Shown here in pieces: positions 30,963 through 40,607 of a stretch of 64,000 nt of DNA. Under the pieces are notes generated by a model. That model did not search any database, was not told where the DNA came from, and saw nothing but the letters and a program-made list of their open reading frames with translations. Origin of the DNA: an uncultured Myxococcales bacterium (GTDB lineage Bacteria; Myxococcota_A; UBA9042; DTJE01); NCBI GenBank assembly GCA_903936705.1, contig CAIZWN010000005.1, positions 123,883 to 187,882 of the forward strand, in the 5' to 3' direction. Made by a program: the position numbers and the translations under genes. Position 1 is the first letter of the stretch. Every line of letters begins with the position of its first letter.

Positions 30963-31304
30963 ATGCCCATTCAGAAGCAGTCCGGCGGGTTGGATCCAGC
31001 AAAGTCGGTTCGACTGGCCGACCTCGTCGAATACCAGCCAGGATCGATCGTCAGCAGAACGCTGGTTCAGAAAACGGTTGGCTCGCTGACTCTGTTCGCC
31101 TTTGACGAAGGCCAGGGACTCAGCGAGCACTCGGCCCCATTTGACGCCTACGTCACGGTCCAGGACGGCATCGGGGAACTGGTAATCGGCGGCGTGGCTG
31201 TTTCCTGCGCAACCGGTGAAACTGTTTTGATGCCAGCAAACATCCCACACGCAGTCAACGCGCGTCAGCGATTCAAGATGCTGTTGACGATGATTCGCGG
31301 CTGA
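30963..31304 (+). CDS. Cupin-domain protein
   Basis: Small beta-barrel cupin pattern (G..EH....DAYV.V..G......GG). Confidence 0.55.
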   Translation: MPIQKQSGGLDPAKSVRLADLVEYQPGSIVSRTLVQKTVGSLTLFAFDEGQGLSEHSAPFDAYVTVQDGIGELVIGGVAVSCATGETVLMPANIPHAVNARQRFKMLLTMIRG

Positions 31305-31388
31305 CGGATCCGTCCGCGAACATTTCATATTCTGGCATTGGTCCGGATTCGCCTATAGAATTCATCGGTCAGCCCCAGGAGGATCCGG

Positions 31389-33695
31389 ATGATGCCAATG
31401 GGGAAGCCGATCACCATCCTTCTCCTGTCAGGGTTCCTGACTGTTACAGTTTCCTGCGGTGACACCCCTGTTCCCGGGATGCAAGCTCTCGATGTGCCCT
31501 CCCCAGCCGATATTCCTCGCGAACTTGACAACCAAAACGACGACTTGCCTCCGCGGGATGGCAGCTTCCTGGACGCCCCCCTGGACACGTTGCTGGATGG
31601 CGCCTTGGACACCGTCGGCACGGATCCGTCCGGCGACGCTGCTGGCGGCCCGCGAATTGCCCTGGAACCCGACGCTCTGGATTTTGGCTTTGTAGGCAAG
31701 GGGATTTCCACGCCACGTTCGTTAACCATCCGAAATGACGGCGACTTTAACCTGAACATCTCGACGGTCACGCTGACACAGGATTCGAACGGCGAGTTTA
31801 CTGTTGACGCCAGCACTGCCCTGGCAGGTCCAATCCTGGGGGGCACCTCGGTCGTCATAGTCGTCACGGTCAAGAACCTGGGCGCCGATTTGGGTGACAT
31901 CAGCGGTCGCATGAGGATCCAGTCTAACGACCCGATGAATCCTTTACTTGATGTCGTGCTTACGGGAAGCAGGGCCGGTGAGCCGGTTTGCGACGTAAAG
32001 ATAAGTCCTCTGAAAACCAGCCTGGGCGACGTTGTAGCCGGACACCTGGTCCAGCGCCCCCTTAGCATCGTTAACATAGGCGGCGCTGCGTTCGTCATCC
32101 AGGAACTGGAGGCGTTCGGCTGTGGCGGTGCAGTCGGAGCACCTGATTGCGGACAATCTTTCGGCCCATCGGATTCCTGGAAAATCCAACTGAATGACCA
32201 GACATCGCCTTTGGTCTACCCGGGATCAACCGTGACTGCGAAAGTGTCCTTTCAGGCGCCGGCAAGCGTGACAGGGAAAGCCGAGGGTGTATTCGGACGC
32301 TTCTCTATGACCTATTCATGCCCATACGGCGCCGTTAACCCGAGGACCCTGTTCTGGACTGCCGACTGTCCGCCAAGCGAAAGTTGCCGCCCTAACCTCG
32401 AGGCCAACGTCACCCCGGCGGCCATCCAGGTGGAACCAGCCAGGATCGTGTTTCCCGAGACGACAGTTGGATGCCCGGCTTCCCCGTTCGAGGTGTCGCT
32501 GAAAAACGCCGGGGATGCCACCTTGAGAATTTCGACCATCGAAGTTGATCCATCTTGCGCGGGACTTGCTTCCTTCGATCTTCCGGGCCTTCCGACACTG
32601 CCGATCGACCTTGTTTCAAAATCCGCCATCAACGTGAAGGTGGCGTTCCTGCCAACTTCCACTGGTGAAAAGGAATGCAACCTTAGAATCGGCCTTTCCT
32701 TGCCTGCTCAGGACGTCATTCTCGTCCCGATTATCGGCCCTGCGGTTGCAGCAGGACACGTTGTCGATCGCTTCGCCCAGGTTGGACGAAAGACCGATAT
32801 TCTATTTGTGTCAGACACTTCAGCATCAATGCACGATGGCATTCAGAGACTGGTTGATTCGATACCAACCCTCACCGCAGCTTTCATCGACAGCGGGACC
32901 GACCCGCGCCTGGGCGTCATCGGCCTTGGCATGGAAAAGGCGTGTCCGACCGTCGCTGACCTGATGGGGACACCACGAATTCTGGACGCGCAGTCGATTG
33001 ACTCGCTGAAGGACACCGTAGACGGGATGCTCGCAGACACAAAATGTGTGCCAGCAACAGGCAAGTCTGGCTTGGAAGTGATGCGCCTGGCCTTGACGAC
33101 ACCGCGAATCGACGATCTTGGAACATCCTGCTCGACCGACGACACCTGCACGTCGCCATACCGCTGCGTAGACAAAGGATGCGGAGGTTCGAATCGCGGG
33201 TTCCTGCGAAACGACGCCTCCCTGGAGGTCCTGGTCATCTCGGACCAGGACGACCAATCACCGAGTACGGTCTCTGCGTACGTGAGTTTTTTGGAAAGCA
33301 TCAAGGGAACTGGTGGCGAGGCGCTGGTCAGGGTGCACGCCATTGCCGGGGATGCTGTTGGTGGCTGCAACAACGCCTATGACAGCGCCATTGCCGGAAC
33401 CAGGTACATTCAGGCCGCCAATGCAACTGGCGGCACGTTTGCCTCGATCTGCCAGGCCGACTACGCCGACGTTCTGACACACATCGGCAATTCGCCTTAC
33501 ACTCCCCGGACCGCCTTCCCCTTGTCCGGCAACCCGACGTCGAATTCAGTATCGATCACCGTGGACGGAACTCCTTGCGTGACCGGTTGGACACTGGACG
33601 CAATCACCAGGGTTGTGAACTTTGACCTTGATGGTTCCTGCTTCCCTGCCCCCGGGGTTCCGGTCGTCGCCAGCTATGTCGAGGCATGTCAATAA
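31389..33695 (+). CDS. Large lipoprotein with choice-of-anchor-D-like Ig repeats and a C-terminal vWA domain
   Basis: Lipobox VSCG; repeated 'LDFGFV...S....I.N.G...L.I' beta-sandwich units; MIDAS motif DTSAS in ILFVSDTSASM. Confidence 0.6.
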   Translation: MMPMGKPITILLLSGFLTVTVSCGDTPVPGMQALDVPSPADIPRELDNQNDDLPPRDGSFLDAPLDTLLDGALDTVGTDPSGDAAGGPRIALEPDALDFGFVGKGISTPRSLTIRNDGDFNLNISTVTLTQDSNGEFTVDASTALAGPILGGTSVVIVVTVKNLGADLGDISGRMRIQSNDPMNPLLDVVLTGSRAGEPVCDVKISPLKTSLGDVVAGHLVQRPLSIVNIGGAAFVIQELEAFGCGGAVGAPDCGQSFGPSDSWKIQLNDQTSPLVYPGSTVTAKVSFQAPASVTGKAEGVFGRFSMTYSCPYGAVNPRTLFWTADCPPSESCRPNLEANVTPAAIQVEPARIVFPETTVGCPASPFEVSLKNAGDATLRISTIEVDPSCAGLASFDLPGLPTLPIDLVSKSAINVKVAFLPTSTGEKECNLRIGLSLPAQDVILVPIIGPAVAAGHVVDRFAQVGRKTDILFVSDTSASMHDGIQRLVDSIPTLTAAFIDSGTDPRLGVIGLGMEKACPTVADLMGTPRILDAQSIDSLKDTVDGMLADTKCVPATGKSGLEVMRLALTTPRIDDLGTSCSTDDTCTSPYRCVDKGCGGSNRGFLRNDASLEVLVISDQDDQSPSTVSAYVSFLESIKGTGGEALVRVHAIAGDAVGGCNNAYDSAIAGTRYIQAANATGGTFASICQADYADVLTHIGNSPYTPRTAFPLSGNPTSNSVSITVDGTPCVTGWTLDAITRVVNFDLDGSCFPAPGVPVVASYVEACQ

Positions 33696-34740
33696 TCGTT
33701 CCATTACGTTAGATTCGACCCCCAGCACTCGGTCGGAAAGGGGGACTGACTTGGATGCCGGTCTAGGGGCTATCGGGGTCGGGGTCGTGGTCGGAAACCC
33801 GGTCGCAGACGAAGTCCGCCGCAACGGCGGGCTGGTTCGGCACGTTTGTGGCGGAACCGCCACCTATGCCTCACTGGCGCTGCGCGCACTGGGACTGGAC
33901 GTGGCCCTGGTTGGATCAACGGGCCGCGATCACGACGACATGTTGCGTGCTCCGCTGGTTACGGCTGGCGTGGATCTTCGGTACCTGGGTACGACCGATC
34001 GGGGACCGTCCTCGGCCTATCTTCTGGACTATGTGGGGTCACCGCCAATCCGTTTGGTTCGCCTGCAACATCGGGGGCCGATCCTGGAGCCACAAGACGT
34101 TCCCCTGCTGCCGTTCGGCACCACATTCGTCCATGTTGGCGAGGTCGCAGGCGAAATCATGCCACAGGCGATCCGTCGTCTGGCATCCTGGGCCCGGCCC
34201 ATGGGAATCGACCTGCACGCCCTTCGCCGCTTTTCGGAGGATGGAACCGTAACGCTTGGGTCCGCTGCCGAAAGCGGCATCGATTTCGGGCACTTCGATA
34301 CCGTGAAAGGATCTGTGGAAGAAATCCGCGCGTTCGACCCGGCTGCGCCAGACCTCGAGGCAAGCCTGCGTGCGATTGCTGATCTTGGTGTCAGGCACGT
34401 ATTTGCGACCGATGGTGGATGCGGCGCCCTCATGATGACGAAGGAAGGAATCGTGCCCATTCCGGCGTTCCCCGTCGAGGAGGTCGATGCCACCGGAGCA
34501 GGAGACGTGTTCCTGGCCGGTTTCCTGTTCGCCAGCCATGCGCTCGGCGAAGCGCCGCGGGACGCAGCGCTTTTCGGGGCCGCGATGGCGTCCTTTGTCG
34601 TGGAGGGACCCGGCGCCACGGTACTGGGCGACCTGGCAGGCGTCCTGCAGCGGCGGGCCGTTTTGAACGGGGGAATCCGCCCCTGCATCCATAATCCTGG
34701 CGCCATCAATCCTTGCAACCAGGAAGGAGTCAATTCATGA
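33676..34740 (+). CDS. PfkB-family carbohydrate kinase (ribokinase-like)
   Basis: C-terminal [14 protein letters not shown] signature; start uncertain. Confidence 0.75.
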   Translation: MSRHVNNRSITLDSTPSTRSERGTDLDAGLGAIGVGVVVGNPVADEVRRNGGLVRHVCGGTATYASLALRALGLDVALVGSTGRDHDDMLRAPLVTAGVDLRYLGTTDRGPSSAYLLDYVGSPPIRLVRLQHRGPILEPQDVPLLPFGTTFVHVGEVAGEIMPQAIRRLASWARPMGIDLHALRRFSEDGTVTLGSAAESGIDFGHFDTVKGSVEEIRAFDPAAPDLEASLRAIADLGVRHVFATDGGCGALMMTKEGIVPIPAFPVEEVDATGAGDVFLAGFLFASHALGEAPRDAALFGAAMASFVVEGPGATVLGDLAGVLQRRAVLNGGIRPCIHNPGAINPCNQEGVNS

Positions 34741-35156
34741 AGTCTCTGACCGAATACCTGGAATTCAACATTCCGGCCAGGCGCGGTTTTCTGAACATCA
34801 CATCAAAGGTGGCGGAAGCTGTCCTGCGCAGCGGCGTCGTCGAGGGCCTGTGCCTGGTCAATGCCATGCACATAACGGCCAGCGTCTTCATCAACGACGA
34901 CGAATCCGGCCTTCATCAGGACTACGACGACTGGCTGGAATCCCTGGCGCCCCACGATCCTGTGTCGCAATACCGCCACAATCGCACCGGCGAGGACAAC
35001 GGGGATGCGCACCTCAAGCGGCAGATCATGGGTCGAGAAACGGTCGTCGCCATCACGAAAGGCCGTCTGGACCTGGGACCTTGGGAACAAATCTTCTACG
35101 GCGAGTTCGACGGCAGGCGAAAAAAGCGCGTGTTAATCAAGGTTATCGGCGAGTGA
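34737..35156 (+). CDS. YjbQ/UPF0047 family protein (secondary thiamine-phosphate synthase-like)
   Basis: Full-length similarity pattern to YjbQ (~140 aa), ATGA overlap with the upstream kinase. Confidence 0.65.
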   Translation: MKSLTEYLEFNIPARRGFLNITSKVAEAVLRSGVVEGLCLVNAMHITASVFINDDESGLHQDYDDWLESLAPHDPVSQYRHNRTGEDNGDAHLKRQIMGRETVVAITKGRLDLGPWEQIFYGEFDGRRKKRVLIKVIGE

Positions 35157-35352
35157 CTTTCGGGGTGTGGCTATAATTGACCTCGCTGATCACCTGTCGG
35201 AAGCGGACTGCCTCAACTAATTGCTCTCGAAGAATCCGGGTCTACTCAACAACAGCCCTGTTCAACGATTTTTTTTGTTACGGACTTGAAAGCGGCTGCA
35301 AAATGCCTAAGCTAGTTGATAGGTCATATCAATAGTGACCCGGGAGAAGCCC

Positions 35353-36882
35353 ATGCGTCTTTGCCTCGAATGTCTGAAGCTGCATGGCGGGATGGGGGTC
35401 GAGTGCCCACTGGACGGGCATCGGACCTGGGCCGTTGCGCGGCCGACTGCCGCTACGGGTCGCGTATTAGGGGGTGATTTTGTTCTGCTGGAGGAACTGG
35501 CCCGAGGCGGCACATCCATAGTGTACCGGGCGGTCCGACGTTCCAAGGGCGATGAAATCGTGGTGAAGGTCGCGCAACGTGACTTGCCCGACGACCCGAT
35601 CGAGGAACTGCGTTTCCTGCGATCAGCAGCTTTGGCCGCCGATCTCAAGGGCACCCACTTCGTGGAGGTTCTGGGACATGGCCGTGCCCCAGACGGTACG
35701 CTGTTCCTGGCCATGGAGCGCCTTCGCGGACGTACGCTGTACGAAACGATGCAAGAGGACGGAATCCCGATGTCGCCAGCGCGAACCGCCAGCATCACCG
35801 TCCAGGTGCTGGAGGCGCTGGACCTGATCCACGATGCAGGGCTGATCCACCGAGACTTGAAACCCGAAAACATCTTCATGCTGGACGGGCCCGACGACCG
35901 ATTGAAGATACTGGACTTCGGCCTGGCCCGTTCAACCCGGTTCGCCGATCCAGCACTGACCGGCGAAGGTTTGGTGATCGGCACGCCGACTTACATGAGC
36001 CCCGAGCAGGGGTACGGGCGGACCCTGGACACCCGCAGCGACCTGTACTCTGTTGGCGTCCTGCTGTTCGAGTTGCTGTCGGGGCAGGTGCCGCACAATG
36101 ACGCGTCGTCTCTACGGGTCCTGATCAAGAAGGTGTCGGACAGGGCCCCGCGGATCAGCGATCTGGCGCCCCAGGCGGAAGTGCCGCTGCCTCTGGAGAA
36201 CCTGGTGGCCGACCTGCTGGAAGTGGAACCGGCCCGGCGTCCGGCGTCGGCCAGGCTGGCGATCCAGCGGTTACGTGAGGCCATCGACCTGGCCCACCAA
36301 GGCACTTCCGACCAAGAACAGGACGCCACGATCCCGGGTACGGAGGCCGTTTCAAAAGTCCGGCGCACCACCCGACCGACCCGGGTCCATGCGAACTCGA
36401 ACGCGTCGACACCGAAACTTGATCGAGCCCGGCCGCCAAACCTGCGGCTGGTTCGATTTTCGCCGTCGCTGGAAACCGGGATCCCCGCAGTGGACGACCA
36501 GCACCGGGCGCTTTTCGACCTGGCAGACCAGATCCTGGGCGGGCCTGAAAAGGGTTCGACTCCAGAGGACGTACGGCAGACCATCACCAGGCTCATCGAA
36601 TACGCCAGGCATCACTTCGAGGAGGAAGAAACAGCCATGGAGGCGGCAGGGTACAAGTGTCCGGAAGCGCACACACAGGATCATCAGCGCTTCACCAACA
36701 CCATGCTGCTTGTCTGCCAGCAGTCCGGAACGACCGGCGCCGTCCCGGCATGTCGAGACGAGGTCCGTCGCCAGATGACGCTGCTGGTTCGTCACATCCG
36801 AACCCTCGACCGCGCCTTTGCCGACTTTCTGAAGGCACGCGACACCATCGGAGCAAGTATCCCGGTCAGGTCACAAGGCTGA
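35353..36882 (+). CDS. Ser/Thr protein kinase fused to a C-terminal bacteriohemerythrin domain
   Basis: N-terminal Cys4 zinc-ribbon; Hanks kinase motifs (VAIK-like VKVAQ, HRDLKPEN, DFG, GTPTYMSPE); C-terminal DDQHRALF...YARHHFEEEE...H..DHQRF hemerythrin metal ligands. Confidence 0.8.
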   Translation: MRLCLECLKLHGGMGVECPLDGHRTWAVARPTAATGRVLGGDFVLLEELARGGTSIVYRAVRRSKGDEIVVKVAQRDLPDDPIEELRFLRSAALAADLKGTHFVEVLGHGRAPDGTLFLAMERLRGRTLYETMQEDGIPMSPARTASITVQVLEALDLIHDAGLIHRDLKPENIFMLDGPDDRLKILDFGLARSTRFADPALTGEGLVIGTPTYMSPEQGYGRTLDTRSDLYSVGVLLFELLSGQVPHNDASSLRVLIKKVSDRAPRISDLAPQAEVPLPLENLVADLLEVEPARRPASARLAIQRLREAIDLAHQGTSDQEQDATIPGTEAVSKVRRTTRPTRVHANSNASTPKLDRARPPNLRLVRFSPSLETGIPAVDDQHRALFDLADQILGGPEKGSTPEDVRQTITRLIEYARHHFEEEETAMEAAGYKCPEAHTQDHQRFTNTMLLVCQQSGTTGAVPACRDEVRRQMTLLVRHIRTLDRAFADFLKARDTIGASIPVRSQG

Positions 36883-39357
36883 CTGCAGGCGCACCCTAGC
36901 CACAGGGAATAGGTCCACCGTAATGATTGCGTCGCGTCCACGAGCATCGACGTCATCCGGCACCGTCAGCCGAACGCCGGCCAGGCGCCCGTCTTCGCTG
37001 GTAACCCGCTGGGTGTTGGCGCCGTAGCGGCATTCCAACCCCTCGCCCGTGACCGGATCCGCCAGCACGACAACCGGCAGGTGCCCCTGGGAGGCAAGCG
37101 CCGTGCCCGAGAATACCGCCTCGACCACGCCACCCATGCCGCCCGGGCCAGGGGCCAGCGTTGCTGTGGCAACCAGGCCATCGATGGGCGTCCCTCCCGG
37201 TCCGACGTGGGGCGAAAGCACCGCAGTACCGTTTGACACCAGCAGGCCGGTAGAGGGGTTGCACAGGCCCAGCAGGTCCAGCGCCGGCCCGTAGAAAGAC
37301 ACCTTGCCGCAGTCCACTTCGGCGAACAGGTTCAGCCGATCATCGACCATCTTCGCGTCCAACTGTCCAGCCAGGCGAAACCGGTCCATCACGATCGACA
37401 ACTTGCCGAACAGAAGTTCAAAGCCGCGGCTTTCCATTGTGTAGGACCGCCCCTGGGAAGCGCCGTTCATCACGAATACCGATCGCGTATCCATGCGGAT
37501 CTGCGGATCCAATCCGGGCGTGCCCTCCACCGCCAAACCCAGGAACCTTCCTGCAGCCGGATCCGCATCCAGGATGCCCAGCAGGTAGTTGTAGGATGCG
37601 AAACCGATCTGGTTGAACGTTGTCATCAGGGGAGGCTGTGGCACAGCCAGGCGGGTCAGGCGAAGGACGGTCGCAGTCGTGCCCGGCGGCTGGAATGGCG
37701 ATGCCCCCAAGGCAGCAGGCCGCGTATCCATGGTGAACGTCCGCGCAAAGGTCCCGCCATCCTCCCCGCCAGACACCTTGTTGCCGAAACGATCCCCATT
37801 CACCAGGTACGTCCCGGAAACCTCGATCGAATAGGTGGTCCCGTCCTGCAAGGGGGCCGTGGGCACCACCTCAACAAACCGCCCGTCTGCCGACACCTCC
37901 ACCCTGCGGGCAAAATCCGGCACGGCCGTCACCGTCACCCTGGCAGGATCCACTCGCGCGACGATCGTGTCTTGGTCCTTGCGCACCAGCAGCCGAAAAG
38001 CCAGCACGTCCAGCGGCCCGATCGGGTCGGTCGATTCCAGCACCGAGTCGCCCCCCTCCGTGAACCGGTACAGGAACGTGCCGTCGGACGGGATGTCCTC
38101 GGATGGAGAAAGGTTGCAACGCGAATCCTGGGCGTGCGTGGAACAGAAGTCCCAGGGGACGAAAAATACGGTGCCGGCCTCGCCACCGATGACTACGCCG
38201 TCCAGGCCCAGCGCAGGAGATCCGTTCAGGTCGTTGCGATCGGACTCGCTGGTGTCGTATGACCAGCGGCGCCGGCCGTCTGGTCCCAGGCTGTACAGAC
38301 GGCCGTCGCCAGCCCCAAAGTACACGTTTCCTTCCCCGTCGATTGCGGGCGAAGAGCGGATCGGATCCAGCGTGTCGAAGGCCCACTTCAACGTACCGTC
38401 CGGGTACAGCGCATACATCGTGCCGTCGGCCGAGCCAATGTAAACCGTACCGTCGGCCGCGATGGCCGCGGAACCGTAGATGTGATCCCTGGTCGCGAAG
38501 GACCAGGCCTCGCTGTCGGTCCTGGCCGGATCGATGCCGTGCACGAACCCGTCAAACGACCCGACCACCACCAGGCGACCGTCGTCCGACACGGCCGGCG
38601 AGGACGTCACGGGACCAAGGGTACCCCAAACGGCCTTCCGGTTTCCCGATGCATCCAGGGCCCTGACCGACATGTCGTTCGACCCTGCGTAGATCGTTCC
38701 ATCGGGGCCAAAGCCCGGGCACGACCAGACCTGGTCCCCGGTCTCGAATCCCCACCCGATCGTCCCGTCGCGACCCACCTGATAGATGTGGAAGTCGTCG
38801 TTCCCCAGGTACAAATTCCCGTCCACCCCCATGGTGACGTGCCCTTCCCACCACGTGATAAAGCCGGCAGCGCCAGGCGATTGCCGACGCCACTTCTCCT
38901 TACCCTGGCTGTCCAGGGCATACAGATTGCCGTCACCGGCCGGCACGTAGATCGTTCCGTCATCGCCCAGCAGTGCTGACGAATCGATCATCTCACCCGT
39001 CGCAAAACGCCACTTCTCCCTGCCGTCCGCTCCAATGGCATAGAAGTTCGTATCCGCCGATCCCATGTAGACCGTCCCGTCCCCGCCGATAACCGGCGCA
39101 TGGAACATGCCCTTGCCGGTATGGAACGCCCACGGCTCACGACCGGTATCCCGAGGCAGGACAGGACTGCGCCCATTGTTTCGCGTTGTCCGGCGGAACA
39201 TCGGCCACGGAGAAGTCGGCAGAACCGGGTTGTCGTAGACGAACGTAGGCGGCGGCAGAACAGCTTCATCAGAACAGGCAACCAGCCCCGCCAACACAAC
39301 CGCCAACAAGCATGAGACCCCGGCCACCGAACGCCCCGGGCAAACAAACGGATGCAT
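36871..39357 (-). CDS. Secreted lipoprotein with PQQ-like beta-propeller repeats
   Basis: Lipobox LVACSD; more than 10 repeats of 'DG..YVG..DG.LYA....G...W' typical of PQQ/BamB-like propellers. Confidence 0.7.
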   Translation of the reverse strand: MHPFVCPGRSVAGVSCLLAVVLAGLVACSDEAVLPPPTFVYDNPVLPTSPWPMFRRTTRNNGRSPVLPRDTGREPWAFHTGKGMFHAPVIGGDGTVYMGSADTNFYAIGADGREKWRFATGEMIDSSALLGDDGTIYVPAGDGNLYALDSQGKEKWRRQSPGAAGFITWWEGHVTMGVDGNLYLGNDDFHIYQVGRDGTIGWGFETGDQVWSCPGFGPDGTIYAGSNDMSVRALDASGNRKAVWGTLGPVTSSPAVSDDGRLVVVGSFDGFVHGIDPARTDSEAWSFATRDHIYGSAAIAADGTVYIGSADGTMYALYPDGTLKWAFDTLDPIRSSPAIDGEGNVYFGAGDGRLYSLGPDGRRRWSYDTSESDRNDLNGSPALGLDGVVIGGEAGTVFFVPWDFCSTHAQDSRCNLSPSEDIPSDGTFLYRFTEGGDSVLESTDPIGPLDVLAFRLLVRKDQDTIVARVDPARVTVTAVPDFARRVEVSADGRFVEVVPTAPLQDGTTYSIEVSGTYLVNGDRFGNKVSGGEDGGTFARTFTMDTRPAALGASPFQPPGTTATVLRLTRLAVPQPPLMTTFNQIGFASYNYLLGILDADPAAGRFLGLAVEGTPGLDPQIRMDTRSVFVMNGASQGRSYTMESRGFELLFGKLSIVMDRFRLAGQLDAKMVDDRLNLFAEVDCGKVSFYGPALDLLGLCNPSTGLLVSNGTAVLSPHVGPGGTPIDGLVATATLAPGPGGMGGVVEAVFSGTALASQGHLPVVVLADPVTGEGLECRYGANTQRVTSEDGRLAGVRLTVPDDVDARGRDAIITVDLFPVARVRLQSAL

Positions 39358-39490
39358 CGGAAGACCCTCATTTTGGTTCGTATCAAGGTTAGCCGCAGAC
39401 GACTGGCAACAAAAGACTGTTTCACAAACATCCGTCCTGAACGTGCTGAACTGGCTTTGATTCAAGGCAAAGTTGCGCTATCATCACATG

Positions 39491-39505
39491 GCTAGACAGT
39501 CTAGC
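39491..39505. promoter_or_regulatory. Perfect palindrome GCTAGACAGTCTAGC about 20 bp upstream of phd/yefM; candidate TA autoregulatory operator
   Basis: Inverted repeat read directly from sequence in the AT-rich leader of the antitoxin gene. Confidence 0.5.
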
Positions 39506-39524
39506 TGTTTCATGGTGGTTCAGA

Positions 39525-39806
39525 ATGGGAACAAGCAATTCACCGCGATTGCCACACGACCGGGAATGGCAGCTTCAGGATGCCAAGAATCGTTTCAGCC
39601 AGGTGGTGGATTCGGCAGTGCATGATGGCGCTCAGACCATCACCTTGAGGGGGAAACCTGCGGCGGTAGTTGTCTCTTTCGACGAATACCGCAGGCTGAC
39701 ACAGCCACGCATCGGCTTGTCAGCGTTCTTCGAAAAATCCCCACTGCATGGCGTCGATCTTGATCTTGGCCGCAGTGCCGACCTGCCCCGAGAGGTGGAT
39801 TTGTGA
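39525..39806 (+). CDS. Phd/YefM-family antitoxin
   Basis: Typical Phd N-terminus (W.L.DAKNRFS.VVD.A..G.Q.ITLRGKPAAVVVS..EY). Confidence 0.8.
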   Translation: MGTSNSPRLPHDREWQLQDAKNRFSQVVDSAVHDGAQTITLRGKPAAVVVSFDEYRRLTQPRIGLSAFFEKSPLHGVDLDLGRSADLPREVDL

Positions 39807-40222
39807 AGTACCTTCTTGATACCTGCCTGATTTCCGAACTGGTGAAGAAGACGCCGAATTCAGCGGTCGTCAGGTGGCTGGACGAACAGGATGAACACAG
39901 CCTTTACCTCAGCGTCCTGACCATCGGAGAACTGCAGAAGGGGATCTGCAAACTTCCGGATGGTGCCCGAAAGGATGATCTTCATGCCTGGGTTGAAAAT
40001 GATCTTGCCCTGCGTTTTTCCGGACGAATCGTCGACGTTGACCTGGAAACCGTGCTGATCTGGGGCCGGTTGCTGGCACAGTCCGAACAGAAGGGCGTGA
40101 TTCTGCCGGTAACGGATTCGCTGATTGCAGCCACCGCAATAAATCACGGATTGGTTGTGGTTTCACGCAACGTCAAGGACATGGAAAGATGCCTGGTTAG
40201 CGTGTGCAATCCTTGGGCCTGA
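39803..40222 (+). CDS. VapC-type PIN-domain toxin
   Basis: LLDTCLISEL ... acidic PIN residues; GTGA overlap with the antitoxin stop. Confidence 0.8.
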   Translation: MKYLLDTCLISELVKKTPNSAVVRWLDEQDEHSLYLSVLTIGELQKGICKLPDGARKDDLHAWVENDLALRFSGRIVDVDLETVLIWGRLLAQSEQKGVILPVTDSLIAATAINHGLVVVSRNVKDMERCLVSVCNPWA

Positions 40223-40482
40223 TCCAGGCACCCGCATACGATTCGAGTCCTGTCGCAAATGAACAAATCGGTACGTCGCCAGATTGTGGCAATCGGATCG
40301 AAAAGAAACGGGCCGCGCCGAACGTTCGACTTTCCCCATCGTTGGGGAAGCTACCAGCCCGGCGCGGCCAGGGGCTCTTTGTCCGCCCCACAATAGGGAC
40401 GGCGCGGGTTCGGGGGCAATGGTCAAGACCTGGGCACGGGACCGGCGTCCTTGAACGCAGGTCATCTGGCCGTCGCCTCGAG

Positions 40483-40607
40483 CTCGAAGGGCGCAGCCCC
40501 AGGTTGTTGTTGCGGTTGCCCGGGTCGTTGTTGTTGCGGTTCGCAGCCCGGGCGTTCCTGGCATCGTTGTTCCAGGAGCCGCCCCGATTCACCCGGTTAG
40601 AGCCCGT
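40483..40607 (-). repeat. DGR template repeat (TR), sense strand minus; overlaps the 3' end of the RT gene
   Basis: 125-bp match to 42638-42762 with 17 mismatches, all at TR adenines (T on the plus strand); TR translation is AAC/Asn-rich (NRVNRGGSWNNDARNARAANRNNNDPGNRNNN). Confidence 0.9.
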
